53,818 nt of DNA. Source: Chrysochromulina tobinii. Its lineage: Eukaryota. The first letter of the stretch is position 1. Each line of letters begins with the position of its first letter. This document shows positions 21,883-33,700 of the stretch, piece after piece. The translations under genes and the position numbers were made by a program. The stretch covers positions 1-53,818 of the forward strand of contig JWZX01003404.1 of NCBI GenBank assembly GCA_001275005.1, given 5' to 3'. The notes under the pieces are model-generated. The model worked only from the letters and a program-made list of their open reading frames with translations. It was not told where the DNA came from and searched no databases.

Positions 21883-23300
21883 TCAGCTGCTCGGCAAGAG
21901 CCCACCCCCGCCTTCCTCAAGCGCGCCAATCTGCACCCACTCCCCCACGTGGCTCTCACGCCACAGCGTCACCTGGTTGTCGCCACCCGCGACGGCGAGG
22001 ATGCCGCCGGTGACGCTCCAGCTCACCGACCACACCGCGCTGCGCAGAGAGAAGCAAACGCAAAGCGTAACTTTCGTCGTCGAGTCGGGCGGGAGGATGG
22101 GGGGGGTCCGAGTCGGGCGGGAGGATGGAGGTGGGGACGCACACGTACACACGCGTGCAAGCTTCTGTGCGCGCGCCGGTTCGAGCGCCGTGTTGCGCAC
22201 CACGACATTTGGATCGTCTTGGGGACCCACTCGCCCGAACGACCGGCCGTCCAGATGATCACCTTCTTGTCCTGCGAGCACGAGGCAATCATCTCCGCGG
22301 CGCCGTCCACAGTCGGCGCCCACGCCACGTCGCGCACCCAATCGGTGTGCCGCTCATCTGCACGGCCGAGCGTGGCCTCCTCGGCCCAGGTGTTGCCGCT
22401 TTCGTCGCAGTTCCAGATCTTGACGAGATTGTCGCAGCCGGCGGTGACGAGCCGCATGCCGCTGCACGCGGGCGCCCACGAGACCGCGTTCACGCCAATC
22501 TTGTGCGCTTTGATCATCGTCGAGGTCCACTGCCGAGGGTCCACAACGTCCGCAGCGATGAGGCGGGGGGAGCGAGCGAGCCGCGTGAGGACGTGGACGG
22601 CCGGGGTGACCGTGTGAAGCTGATGTGTGCGTGCGGGGAGGGGAAGGCAGAGTGAATGGCAGAGTGAATGGCGTAGCACACCTGTCCCTGGCCAGGTGAG
22701 TGCTCGCCAAGGTACGTGAGCACCGCAATATTCTCGTCGGAGGACGCGCACGCGAGGCGCAGCCCAAACTCCCTGCTCCAGCACACCGCAGGACACCGCT
22801 GGAAGCCTCAGTATTTGCGCGCACAATGGAGGCTGGAGGCGGCCTGCCACACGTTCCGGTTGCGACCGGTGGTCCTGCGCGCCTCTCTGCGCGTGTACGG
22901 CCGTGCGCTGGCTGGATCGCGGCGTTCATGGAGCGGTGCATGCGAGCTGGATTCGTGGCGAGCGCGCACACCTGGGCCCGAATGAAATGCAATTGACCGA
23001 GCCCTCATGACCGAGGAACTTGTGCACGAGCGACCACTGCTGCGGGCTGTGCTCCCTCCAGACAAAGACCTGGCGGTCGTACGAGCACGACGCGAGCACG
23101 TTGCCAAACTGTGGGTGGGCCCACGCGACCCGCCAGACTGGTCCGTCGTGGCCAACGAGCTCTGCAGTCTGATGCGACTTCTCCCCATTTACGACTTCGT
23201 AGATCTTGATGCGCCGGTCGCCGCCCGCGGTCGCCAGCTGCTTGCCAAAGTAGTCGAGCTGCACGTCGTGGATCAGCTCCGCCTGTGCAGCCGCCGCCAT
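21883..23300 (-). CDS. SEC13: Protein transport protein SEC13 (WD40; COPII/NPC/GATOR2 subunit)
   Basis: Exons 23300..22972, 22772..22682, 22529..22201, 22039..21883 with three in-phase GT-AG introns. Motifs: [90 protein letters not shown]. Confidence 0.95.
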
Positions 23301-23533
23301 TGCAGCGTGCCGTGCACCACGAATAGGGGCGCACCCACGTGGCGATTCTTCAAGTTTGAACACATGTCGGAAAAACCAAGCTGAATACTCCGGATCGCTA
23401 GAAAGGATGCCGCAACTTTCTTGATTGGAAATGACGAAACGGTTTGTGGCTGCTTTCGTAGCGGAGGGTCCGACTCTCACATGCTCTCAACGCTGGTCTC
23501 TCTTGACTCTCACTTCCGCTGCTCTCCTCCGCG

Positions 23534-25075
23534 ATGCGCTCGAACCTGAGAGAGCCGCTCGTCAATGCCAACGCCACCGACTCTTCGCAGCAGCTGCCAT
23601 TTTCAGCGGAGGACTCACTCAGCAGCAACGGCTCCGACATGATGACCAGAATCTCGGACCTCGAAGGTGTGCAGGCGGCTGGCGCGCGCCAGCGCGTACG
23701 CCCGCACGGCTCCATCCGCGCAGGCTCGGGCCGACAGAACCGGACCGGTTCGGCGGGCATCGTCTTCACGCTGTGGAACACGATGATGGGCTCGACGCTG
23801 CTCGTGATGCCCAACATCTTCTGGCAAAGTGGCTGGGTGATGTGCACGCTGGTTTCGGTGATCGTGGCATCGCTCGCCACGCACACGGCCGGCCTCGTAC
23901 TACACCACGCTGAGGGCCTCATGGCGGATGAGTCGGCCGAGCTTGGCGACCTCGCCGCGTTGCACTTCGGCAAGACGGCCAAGTGGATCACTTTCATCAC
24001 CGGCTCGGGTGTGCTGATTGGCGCGGCGACGGCGATGCACTGCTACGCGCGCACCGTGCTCGAGCACCTCGTCGAGTACGGCCCGGAGCAGGGCGGGCTG
24101 TGCTTCGCGGCCGGGCACGAGGACGCCGACGGCGAGGGGCCGTGCGCTGCTGCGCTCGGCAAGTACGCATACTGGGTGTACACGCTCAGCGTGCTGCCGA
24201 TCACGGTGCCGCTCGCCAACCTACCGACGATCCGGCTGCTCGCGCGCATCGGCGGGGTGGGCATCTTCTGCTTCCTCACCATCCTCGCCTTCGCCTTCAC
24301 CTCGGCGTTCGTGAGCGCCGCGGAGCACGGCGTGCAGGGGACAGATCCGGCTGAGTACTGGCGGCCCGAGTCTGCCTCCATCGCCTTTGGCATCTTTTCC
24401 ATGTCCTTCTTCATCCACAACGCCCATATCACGATCATGCGCGGCGCCGCGCAGCCGCACAAGAACCAGCGCAACCTCGCCACCGCCTTCTTTCTCGTGT
24501 GGATCTGCTACGCCTCTATGGGAGTGGCCTCCAACCTGTTCCCGCCTGGGGGTGACTTCGCCGCGCTCGGCTCAGACGACGCGGCCAATGGGCTCATCTC
24601 GCTCGCGCAGCCGAAGGCGATGGCTCCCTTCCTTGTGCTTGCGCGCATCGCCGTGCTCGTCCAGGCCATCACCGTCTACCCCGTCCTCCTCTTCATCATC
24701 CGCGCACAACTCTTCTCGGCCGTGTACTACAAGAAGCCGTACCCGGGCTGGATGCCTGTGCTGCTCTTCTCGCTGACACTCGCGACTATCTCCTCAACGG
24801 TCGCGCTCGCCGGCATCCCCATCTCCGTCATCCTCAAGTTTGTCGGCTCGGCGGGGGGCTTCGTCTGCGTCTTCTGCATCCCCGCTCTCGTGCATGCCGC
24901 AGTGCACTGGAAGAACGGCACCTTCTCGCTGCTGCGGCTCCTGCAAGTGAGCTTAATATGCGGCTTCGGCACCTACGCGCTCGTTGTGCAGCTCGTGCCG
25001 GGAGCCTCGGGAGGCGAACCTGGATCGGGGCCTGAGCCCGGATCGGGCTCGTGGGCAAGCGTGACTATCAATTGA
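23534..25075 (+). CDS. SLC38A9: Amino acid transporter (AAAP/Aa_trans), SLC38A9-like
   Basis: Multiple TM helices. Signature WNTMMGST in TM1 and FFIHN in TM6, characteristic of SLC38A9. Orthology not tested. Confidence 0.8.
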   Translation: MRSNLREPLVNANATDSSQQLPFSAEDSLSSNGSDMMTRISDLEGVQAAGARQRVRPHGSIRAGSGRQNRTGSAGIVFTLWNTMMGSTLLVMPNIFWQSGWVMCTLVSVIVASLATHTAGLVLHHAEGLMADESAELGDLAALHFGKTAKWITFITGSGVLIGAATAMHCYARTVLEHLVEYGPEQGGLCFAAGHEDADGEGPCAAALGKYAYWVYTLSVLPITVPLANLPTIRLLARIGGVGIFCFLTILAFAFTSAFVSAAEHGVQGTDPAEYWRPESASIAFGIFSMSFFIHNAHITIMRGAAQPHKNQRNLATAFFLVWICYASMGVASNLFPPGGDFAALGSDDAANGLISLAQPKAMAPFLVLARIAVLVQAITVYPVLLFIIRAQLFSAVYYKKPYPGWMPVLLFSLTLATISSTVALAGIPISVILKFVGSAGGFVCVFCIPALVHAAVHWKNGTFSLLRLLQVSLICGFGTYALVVQLVPGASGGEPGSGPEPGSGSWASVTIN

Positions 25076-25587
25076 CAACGTCTACGATGAGCTGCGCGCC
25101 ACGGCTACTTACACACGTCAAGACCGTCCCTGGGCCTGGCTCGTCAAACAGAGCTCTAGCTGGCTCCTGGCACGAAGAACATGATCCTGCCGCTTCGCGC
25201 GCGCGGGGTCTTTAGGCATTAGGGGTGCGTTCAGGATTTTTCACCATGTTTTTTCTCACAGGTCCACAGCGGCGGTGCGAACTGACAACTGTTGTTGAAA
25301 CTCAGTTGTGACCTCCGGTCCCGCCCCGCGCTCGCCCCCAGCCGCGGCCCCGCGGCGGCCCGGGACCGGACTTCCCGAATCTAGCCGCGACCGGCCGGGA
25401 CGCCGGACCGCGCCACGTACCCTTTAAGCCGCTTTCAACCCACCTACGCCGCGCGCACTGAGATAGCACCGAGAGGTCAGAGGACACGGGGGAGTCCAGC
25501 GTCACAGGCACAGGACACGCGCGGGACGCACCGCGCACCGCGCACCGCGACCCCGAGGCCGAGCCACCACCGCGCCGGGGGGCGAAC

Positions 25588-26883
25588 TCACAGGTCACAG
25601 AGCAACCGATAGGAGACATCGCCGTCGCTTGGGTTGACGATGCGCACCGTGCCCTGTCCACGGAACGAGTCGGCGATGCCCGTCTCGTTGTCGCTGCCCG
25701 GCCGAACGGTTGTGAGGCGCGGTGTGACACACCTCTTATCGACAGATTGGTTCGGAAGCCGCAGCCGGCGAAGCAGTTGCCGGCCGCGCGCCACGTCGGC
25801 ACGGATGACAGGCGTTTTGATGTCGGCATTCTCGAGCTCCTCTTGGAAGCGCTTTAGCTTCGCCTCCTGCTTGATCAGCCACTTCCGCCGCGGCGACAGC
25901 TCATCGACCCCGTCCACGTTCGTGCCGTACGCTGCGCCCTCAGCCAGCAAAGCCTCCTCCTCGTCGTCACTTGCTTCTGAGTCGTCAGCGCCGAACATCC
26001 ACGCGTGTCCGACATCCAGCACCTCAAAGTCGCACTTGGCGAGGTCGTGGTCGAAGATGCCGCCATCGTACAGACACCGGTGTGTGTAGAAGAGTTCTCC
26101 GCCCTCGCCGATCGCCACACGCCAATTCAGCACCGTGCACTCGAACCATTCATCTGAGCCCTCCCACCACACTTTGAGCCGCGTGCCCTCGGGTAGCGCC
26201 TCCCAGTCAGCCGCTGGCAAAGGCGACCCGACCGTGTCGGGCGTCGGCATCGGTGGCTGCTTGATGGCCTCGCAGAGCCCCTTGATGCGCTCCATCTCGA
26301 GCTTGCGGTTCCAATGCTCGCGAAGCTTGCCGTTCCAATCGCTCTGCTCGCGAACGGCTGTGACCGCCCCCTCAACCGCCTCACCTATGGCCCGCGACGG
26401 TCGCGGCGGGCGGCGCGCGGCCGGTCCCTCAGCGCGGCGCGTCGTCGGGTGGTCCAGCATGCTGGCCGCTTTGGCGATGGCCGGTGCGATCTCCCAGCAA
26501 GAGGGCGTACTTGCGAGCTCGGATCCGCCAGCCGCAGCATTTGCTGGTGCGGCTCGCGGCGAGGCCTTGGGGAAGCCGAAAGTGCCCCGTGGCAATGGAG
26601 GCGCGCGGAAGAAGACAAAGGGCGAGTCCTTGGGCGCTGGTGAGGGCACTGCATGGCTGCTGCGGCGTGTTGCCACGCCCACCTTGGGAGGGGACGAGGG
26701 CGCCTTGACAGTCTTTTCGGGCTTCTTGGCCATCCCCTCAGATTGAGTTTTGATGAAGGCGACGCTGATGCGCGTGTTGTGGCCGTGCGAGGTCATCTTG
26801 AGCGGCATGATGGCCCGAGAAAAGCCGAGCGGCCGAGAAATTGACTCGTTCGATTTGTGCACATCGCGACGCGCCTCTACCAT
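25588..26883 (-). CDS. Hypothetical protein with a Tudor-like barrel
   Basis: GTRLKVWWEGSDEWFECTV..HRCLYDGG resembles Tudor domains of the MSH6/PDS5 type. The rest is low complexity. Start uncertain. Confidence 0.65.
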   Translation of the reverse strand: MVEARRDVHKSNESISRPLGFSRAIMPLKMTSHGHNTRISVAFIKTQSEGMAKKPEKTVKAPSSPPKVGVATRRSSHAVPSPAPKDSPFVFFRAPPLPRGTFGFPKASPRAAPANAAAGGSELASTPSCWEIAPAIAKAASMLDHPTTRRAEGPAARRPPRPSRAIGEAVEGAVTAVREQSDWNGKLREHWNRKLEMERIKGLCEAIKQPPMPTPDTVGSPLPAADWEALPEGTRLKVWWEGSDEWFECTVLNWRVAIGEGGELFYTHRCLYDGGIFDHDLAKCDFEVLDVGHAWMFGADDSEASDDEEEALLAEGAAYGTNVDGVDELSPRRKWLIKQEAKLKRFQEELENADIKTPVIRADVARGRQLLRRLRLPNQSVDKRCVTPRLTTVRPGSDNETGIADSFRGQGTVRIVNPSDGDVSYRLLCDL

Positions 26884-27077
26884 TTTGGAATGCGAGATTT
26901 TTGAGTCCGCGGCGCGCTAACGTACCTTAGCCGCGAGGGTGGTGCCGCGTGGGTGGGTGGTTACGCGACCAAGTCCAGGCCGAGTTCTCTTGGGACATCT
27001 CTTGGGACACGTGCGGGCAGCACTCCCCTCGTGCTGTCTTTGCGGCGACATTGGACCAGAAAAGCGGGGAGTGCGGC

Positions 27078-28475
27078 ATGGGCTCTTCCGCCAGCAAAGC
27101 AGAGCCGCCTGCGCCACCCGCTCCTCCGCCGCCTCCGCCGCCTCCGCCAACCGCATCACCGCCGTCGAAGATGAGGGCGTCCGTGCAACTGAGAGAGCAC
27201 AAGATGTCGGACCTTGCGGAGCCGCCGACAATACCGATGGTTATCCTCGACCTCCCTCAGGAGCTCGTTATGCACATGCTCCTTCGTGCTCCGCCCTCTG
27301 CCATCGCCGCCTTTGTGTGCTGCTCCAGCGCCGCCGCCGCGCTCGGTCGCGACAATGAGCTCTGGCGTGTGCTACTTGCAAGAGTCTTTCCGGACGTGAG
27401 GCCGGTGGAGGCGCTACAAGATTCGCCAATGGTGGACTTTATCAGCCTCGCGTGCGGCGTTGGCCTGTCCCGCGACCGGCTCAAGTTTTGCCGGCGACAC
27501 TGCCCGTGCGGCGACCGTGGTTGCAGTGGCGATCTGCTCCTTGCGGACGGGAGCCGCTGCCCGTGCGTGTGCGTGCGCAGCGGGCGGCGTATGCCATTGC
27601 GTGCGGGCACGCTGGGCAGGGCGCGCTCGGGCACATCTTGCTTCCGCGACGGCGAATATTCGGGTTTCAAGAACTTGAACCAATGCATGCGCACTCATTT
27701 TGACTTTGATGATTTCGAGGAGCTCGAGGCGCTCGACACGGCGTCGCTCGCGCCGCTGCACCTTCTGCTCCTCTGCACGACCGAGTCCCCCGCGCCGAGC
27801 GCCTCCGAGGTCGCGTGCCTGCGCGCCTGGGTGGAGGCGGGAGGCGCCCTCATCACCTCTGCCTTTTCGAATTGGTCAGCCCATCACCACTTTGCGCAGC
27901 CCGCCGTCGGCTGGCTCGGAGTCCAGACGGTGCCGCAGGAGGCGTTTGGTGCGCGCGTCTCGCATCGATTCGAGCCGTTCGCCAAGCGCGACGGCCCTCC
28001 GGGCAGTAGCCTAGGGTCAGGCTATAACGCAGCGGACGATGACGAGACGGCGCGCCTCACCGTACGAGGCCCCTACGGCTCGGTTTCGATGGTCCCCAAT
28101 ACCGGCGACACCCCATTCCGCGTGCCCGACGAGGCGTTCGAAAGGGGTGCCGTGCAGCTCACGCGCAAGTACCAGCAATGCAACCTGCTCGAGCAGCGGC
28201 GTGGCACCTGGCTCTTTTGGCCTCCGAGGCCCGTTGAAAGTGGCGGCCTTACCGGCAGAGGACGCGTGCTCCTGTGCAGCAACTACCATTGGTTGTGTGA
28301 CCCAGCACACTGGAATGGCGGCTTCTTCGTCAACGATGGGAAGGTGTGGGGCGGCGGAGACCCGAAGGCTTTTCTGCTCAACTTTATCGCCGGCGCGCTC
28401 GCGGCACGCACTGGGTCCGCGAGCCCGAGCGCGGCCCAAACCGCTTCGAAGGATGATGATGATGATGATGCGTGA
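27078..28475 (+). CDS. F-box protein with N-myristoylation-like start and C-terminal alpha/beta (GATase-like/DUF4350-like) domain
   Basis: MGSSASK start. F-box LDLPQELVMHMLL..AFVCCS..DNELWR. EVACLRAWVEAGGALI..GRGRVLL..FLLNFI. Confidence 0.7.
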   Translation: MGSSASKAEPPAPPAPPPPPPPPPTASPPSKMRASVQLREHKMSDLAEPPTIPMVILDLPQELVMHMLLRAPPSAIAAFVCCSSAAAALGRDNELWRVLLARVFPDVRPVEALQDSPMVDFISLACGVGLSRDRLKFCRRHCPCGDRGCSGDLLLADGSRCPCVCVRSGRRMPLRAGTLGRARSGTSCFRDGEYSGFKNLNQCMRTHFDFDDFEELEALDTASLAPLHLLLLCTTESPAPSASEVACLRAWVEAGGALITSAFSNWSAHHHFAQPAVGWLGVQTVPQEAFGARVSHRFEPFAKRDGPPGSSLGSGYNAADDDETARLTVRGPYGSVSMVPNTGDTPFRVPDEAFERGAVQLTRKYQQCNLLEQRRGTWLFWPPRPVESGGLTGRGRVLLCSNYHWLCDPAHWNGGFFVNDGKVWGGGDPKAFLLNFIAGALAARTGSASPSAAQTASKDDDDDDA

Positions 28476-28969
28476 GATGATGCTGATGAACGCGTATGGT
28501 AGCACACGTATAGCTCAGTTGTAGGCGGGAGAGGGGGCCCAGATGCGGTCTCAACGCTCGCGCGGCGACACGATGAGTCAGTAATCCAGGAAAACCGGCC
28601 GCGCGCGTTAACGCGCGGCGAGAGGCGTACCCGCCGCGCCGTACTACCGTACCGCGACCGCAGGCGACGACACATCCGAGCAACGCGCTCCAGAAGGACG
28701 GTTCATGGACACAAACCCCACGCCCACCATTATAAGTCCCCGGCTCCCCGCGCCCATCGATGTTGCATTCCCGCCGGAACTAACGGCAAACGCACAAGTC
28801 GGACGCGTCTAAATATACGTCTTGATCCCCGCTCGCCGCTGTGGCGCTGCCCGTTAGCGCCTCGGCACCACGCCTCGGCACCACTTGCTAGGCCACTTGC
28901 TAGGCCACCGGGTCCTCTACTTTCGGAATCGCTGCCTCGCTGTGTCAGAAGCCTGGCCCTCACGCCTCC

Positions 28970-30474
28970 CTACATGACCGCGATGGCGCTCCCCACCTCA
29001 GAGGCTCGCAGAGCGGCATCGGAGGCTCGCAGAGAAGCTTTCTCCCTCGCGGCCGCCATCTTGCGGTCGAAGCTGTCTCGACGGCGGCTGGCGATGCGGG
29101 AGGCCAGGGAGGCGCTCGATCCCAGCTGTGGCTTTTGATCTGTCGCGCGCCAGTCCGGCAAGGGCGTGCCCAAGCCTGCCGAAGGCGTGAACGGAGCCCT
29201 AGGGGGCAGCGTACCCGGCCGCGGCGTCTGCACTCCAGGCCTCACTGCTACACAGCCCGCTATGCCCTTGCCCAGGACTGCAGGCGGCGGCGTAAAGGGT
29301 GCCCTGGGAGGCTTCCCGGTAGTAGCATGCAGCTTGGGTGGCAAAGGCGAAGTCGGCGGGACAGTATAGTCCTCGGCCTCTGCTCGCGCTGTCGCAATCA
29401 CCTCCAACTGCTCCCGCTGTCGCATCCTGCACAAGCAGTGCGCTCGCGAACCCCTCGGTGTCGTGGGGTGCGCCGGTCGCAAGCACTCCCGCGGCCGTGC
29501 AGGCGGCCGGCAACTCCGCGGCCAGCGCCGTCCTCCATGCTCGCCTCCGAGACGGGTACGTCCAGCGCGTCCTCCGAGTCGGGCACGCCGCCCTCTTGCT
29601 TGGCGTCTTTCCTCGGTGGTTGCACAGGAGCCGTGCGAACTACTTTCGCGAGGGATGACGCCGAGACGGTCCACCACGTGGGGAGATGGCCAGGCTCCGC
29701 TGGCATTGGCCCCATGAGAGACGCAGAGGCAGCCGCTGCATGGCGTTCTGGCCCGCTCGCAGGCAAGCTTGTGACGGCCAGCACACTCGCAGCGATGACC
29801 TCCGCCACCAGCTCTGCGGCGGTGGTGGCCTGAGTCCGTAGCTCAGCACCTTCCTCAGCATGCCGCGTCTTAAGAAACGCTACAGGTGCTTGCGCATTGA
29901 AGAGCTCCAATGCCTTTGTGCATGCCTCTGACACGAATGCGGAGACCATTTCGGTCGGGGACCATGCCTCCGGGACCAATTGAGCTCGCTCGGCTGGCTC
30001 GATGCGTAGAGTGACATGGCACCCAGCTTCCTCTTCGCCGTCGCCCTCGAGCTCTTCCACCTCGAGCAGCAGCGAGGCCAGCGGCAGCTGCGTGCCCGCC
30101 ATGGCTACACGCGACGCCTCCTCCGCGGCCGCTGCCGCCTCCGCCTCCTCCTCTGTCTCTGGAATGAAGCCATCATCCTCCGTGCTGGCAGGGCCCCAGA
30201 CACGATGCGACAACTTCCCCCGACGTTGCGACGCCGTACCGCGCACCGGTGGGCGCCAGTTGCTCTTGGGGTAAAGCTCAGCTCGCCACTGCGCTACACG
30301 CTGGGCGTAGGCATCCCAATCAAAGAAGGCCGTAGGGTCGTCGTCGTCCTCGTTGTCCCCGTCTAGCTCGAGTACCGCACCGTCCGTGTCGGTGCTGCTG
30401 TCAAACTGATCACGCAGATAGGCCGATAAACGCGCCTGCTCCGCGAGGCGCGCCTGGTCGTCGTCGGCCTGCAT
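28970..30474 (-). CDS. Hypothetical protein (acidic N-terminus, Pro-rich C-terminus); intron or frameshift near 29430-29560
   Basis: Overlapping ORFs 29398..30561 and 28970..29677. Acceptor-like TTGTGCAG| near 29427, donor not resolved. Confidence 0.5.
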
Positions 30475-30720
30475 CGTCCCAAAAGTGCCTGAACGGGAGC
30501 ACCACTTTTCCAAAAACGGCGTTGCAAGCGGGGCGACGGGAAAGCGAGCAGAGGAAGACAATGCAAGGCAAGACCAGACAAGACCATGAACAAGGGAGGC
30601 TACCTTCCGCGTTGATCAAACCCGCCACGAACGAGCATACAGCAAACACTGAGAGGATCAATAATTAGATCGACGACCTCAAACAAATCAAACTAAGAGT
30701 ACGAGGCTTCTGTCTCCCTT

Positions 30721-33700
30721 TCAACGGCGGGCGTCGTCAAGGAGGGGCCGCTTCTTCTGTAAACAAGCCATGATGTCTTTGGCCATCTCCTGTATCGCAG
30801 CCCCCTTGGCAAAGACAAGGTCTATCCCCGGCAGCTTGAGAAGGGCGTCCATGACTTCCTGGCTCGCCCCGGTGAGGATGCAGACCACGCCCATGAAGCC
30901 TCGTTCATGCAGCCTCCTCGCGAGGTAGCTACCGGTCACTGGCTCTGGCGTCAGCTCCGGATTGATGTTCTCATCGAGGAGCACCACATCGGCGGGCGCC
31001 CTCGCGCCGCAGCTCTCCAGAGTCCATGGATCCACAAGGCCAAGGGCGATGTCTACAAAGGCGAGCTGCTCACTCACAGTCTCGCCGAGCGAGCGTGAGC
31101 GCGACATGTCCGCGTGCAGATGGTGGATAAAGAGGAGCTCCTGTACCATCCGTGGCAGGGGCTCGTCATCGATCCCGAAGCACACGAGTCCAGTGGCACC
31201 ATCGACGAGCGGCGCATGCGCTGCCCCGGAGGCGCCACGCGCGACTGGCTCTGTGCCCAATGGCACCATCGACGTGAGCATCTCACCGCCCACCGCCGCA
31301 GGTTCCAAGTTAGATTCCAAGGGCACAGGCTCCGAGGGCACCTGCAAGGGACGGGGGGACGGGGCCTTGGCCGCCGCGCCTGCGACAGGCGCCGATGATG
31401 CTCGCACGGTTTGCATGGCGAGTGGTTTTCTTGATGTCGGCGACCCTGAGGCTGTCGCCGACGGCAGCGCCCGCGACGGTCCCTTCGATGGAGTCTTGCG
31501 ATCCACCCAGCCCGCGGCGACGGCGCTACTGACTCTTCGCGCCTGCAGTGCATGCCGAATGCTCACCGCCATCGTGTCGAGCGAAGAGGCCTTTTCGAGA
31601 ACAAGGTCGATGGAAGCTCCCCCCAGAGACGCGCGGACTAGCCCTCTGGACTCCCGCTCGTGACCATGCAGATCAGGCCAGTGAACCCGAAATGGCGCAG
31701 CTCCGAAGCGATCTGCGTGCCCACCTTGCCGGTATCGTAGACGTTCTGATCAATCAGCACCACGTCCGCTGCCTTGGGTGTCGAGCGAGCGTGGGCTGCA
31801 GATGCAAGGGAGCTGTTGAGCGCTGAGCAGGTGAGCGCCGAGTTGAGCGCCACGTGCCCTAGCGCCACGTCGACAAAGGCCTCTTTCTCGTCCAAGGTTG
31901 CGCCGAGCGCCGCCGAATGGGTCAGGTCGGCGTGCAGATAGTCGACAAAGAGGACCTTGAGCAAGCTGCGCGAAGGGGAGTCCTCGTCGAGACCGAGACA
32001 AATTGGGTGGATGGGGTCTTCCCTCAAAGAGCTCAGCACGGCGTCAGACGCTCGTAACGGCCCCCTGCTCAGCACGGCGTCGGTCGCTCGTAAAGGCCCC
32101 ATGCCCTCCAAGGGCGAGGTCGAGGTCGAGGTCGAGCTCTGCGGTGAGTCAAAGATCTCGCACGATCTCGCCTTTTGGCGCAGCCCCGCCATGGCGCAGG
32201 CCGCCACGGGGGGGTGGGGCTGCTCCAGCGTAGGCCGGGGCTGCTCCTGCACAGACGTTGTCGGCAGCTCGTGGCTTGCGAGGCTGCTGATGGCCCTGTC
32301 GTGGGAAGCGGAGGTGTACGAACGGTCGGGGGTGGAGGTTAATGAGCCGTCGGACGTGGAGGCGGGTAGCTTGAGATGCAGTGTTGTCTGCGTGTTGTTC
32401 ATCTCGAGCCAGGCAAAGCCGCCAGCCGCCGTGCATGCCTTCGCCGTCGAGTCAAGCCCGACGCCATCGCTCATGGCGGACACACGGCGTGCTTTGTAGC
32501 CTGGCTGCATGACGCGCACGAGCTCCTCTTCGCCCAGGACATGCACACCGACCGAATTCGTGTTGATGATCGCCAAGTCCAAAAAGGTCGGCCTCGATGC
32601 CGCGTCGTCGTCGCGGGCGCCATCGCGGGCGCCTACGGTACTCGTGGCCTCCGACAGCTCCGTATCCAGCCCGTATCGTACCCAGCCCTTCCGGCCCTTT
32701 GATCCAGACGAGCCGTGATCAATATGGGCGTCTGGGGCTCACGGTACTTGCGCGCATTCGAGAGCGCCTCGTCGAGCACCAGGCGCAGCACCGACTCATC
32801 CAGCCAAAGAGAGAGCGCTGCTTCCGAGCAGTCGATCTCCCCGCCGAGATCGCCGTCAATGGCAAGCGAGGCACGTAGTAAGTCCTCGAGGTTGCAAAGC
32901 GTGCAGCGCGAGGTATATGTGCCCTCCTCGAGCTGCACAAACATCTGGCACCGGTGACACCATTGGATCGCCTCTCCGAGTGAATCAATCGTCTGCTCGA
33001 GCATCACGCGTAATGCGCGCGGCAGCTCGTGACCAACCTCACGCCGATGAAGCTGAAGGAAGGCGGCGATGGTGCTGCGCGCTGTGCCACAACGGCCCTT
33101 GATGACGTGGTTCAGCCGCGAGTCGGCGTTGCGCTGCGCACGCTCGAGTCGTTGCGCCTCCATCAGCCGGTTCCGCTCGGCAGCTGCTTCTCGCATCCGC
33201 AAGGCAGCTCGCATCCGCTCGTGCACGGCGAGTTGGCTATGAACGAAGGCGCCTCGGCGAGCGTAGTCGAGCGTGTAACCTCCGAGATCTCCGAGAGCGA
33301 GCACACAGGCGCACAGGGCGAGGGATTTCAGGGCGTCGCCGGAGGAGACCTCCCCGTGCACTTCGTCGAGGTGGAAGAGCGATGCGCCGATGAGAAGTGC
33401 CACGCGGCTGATGGCTCGCATCTCCGGCGGAGTGCACACCAGCCACTGGCGGAAAGCGTCCACCAGTACGCAGGCGGAAAGCAGCAGCCCGCCTATGCTG
33501 GAGCCTTCCACCTTGCAAGTGCCCTTGCCCAGGTGGTGCAGCATTAGAGCACAGGCTCCGCAAAGGCATCGTAGGAACAGGCAGCGACTGCAGAAGCGAG
33601 CATGGGCCTGGAGGAGCACGAGATCGGGCGGCGGCGCAAGGGTGCGGTCTGCGGGCGACGGAAGGGTTGCAAGGAGGCTGGCGACCTCCACAGGTGCCAC

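Noticed and set aside
21255..22013. Separate gene downstream of SEC13
   Set aside because: Low-complexity translations in all frames with no recognisable domain; probably UTR or intergenic.
32630..32685. Short intron explaining the first kinase frameshift
   Set aside because: The candidate GTACGA...CCGTAG (49 nt) does not restore the downstream frame.
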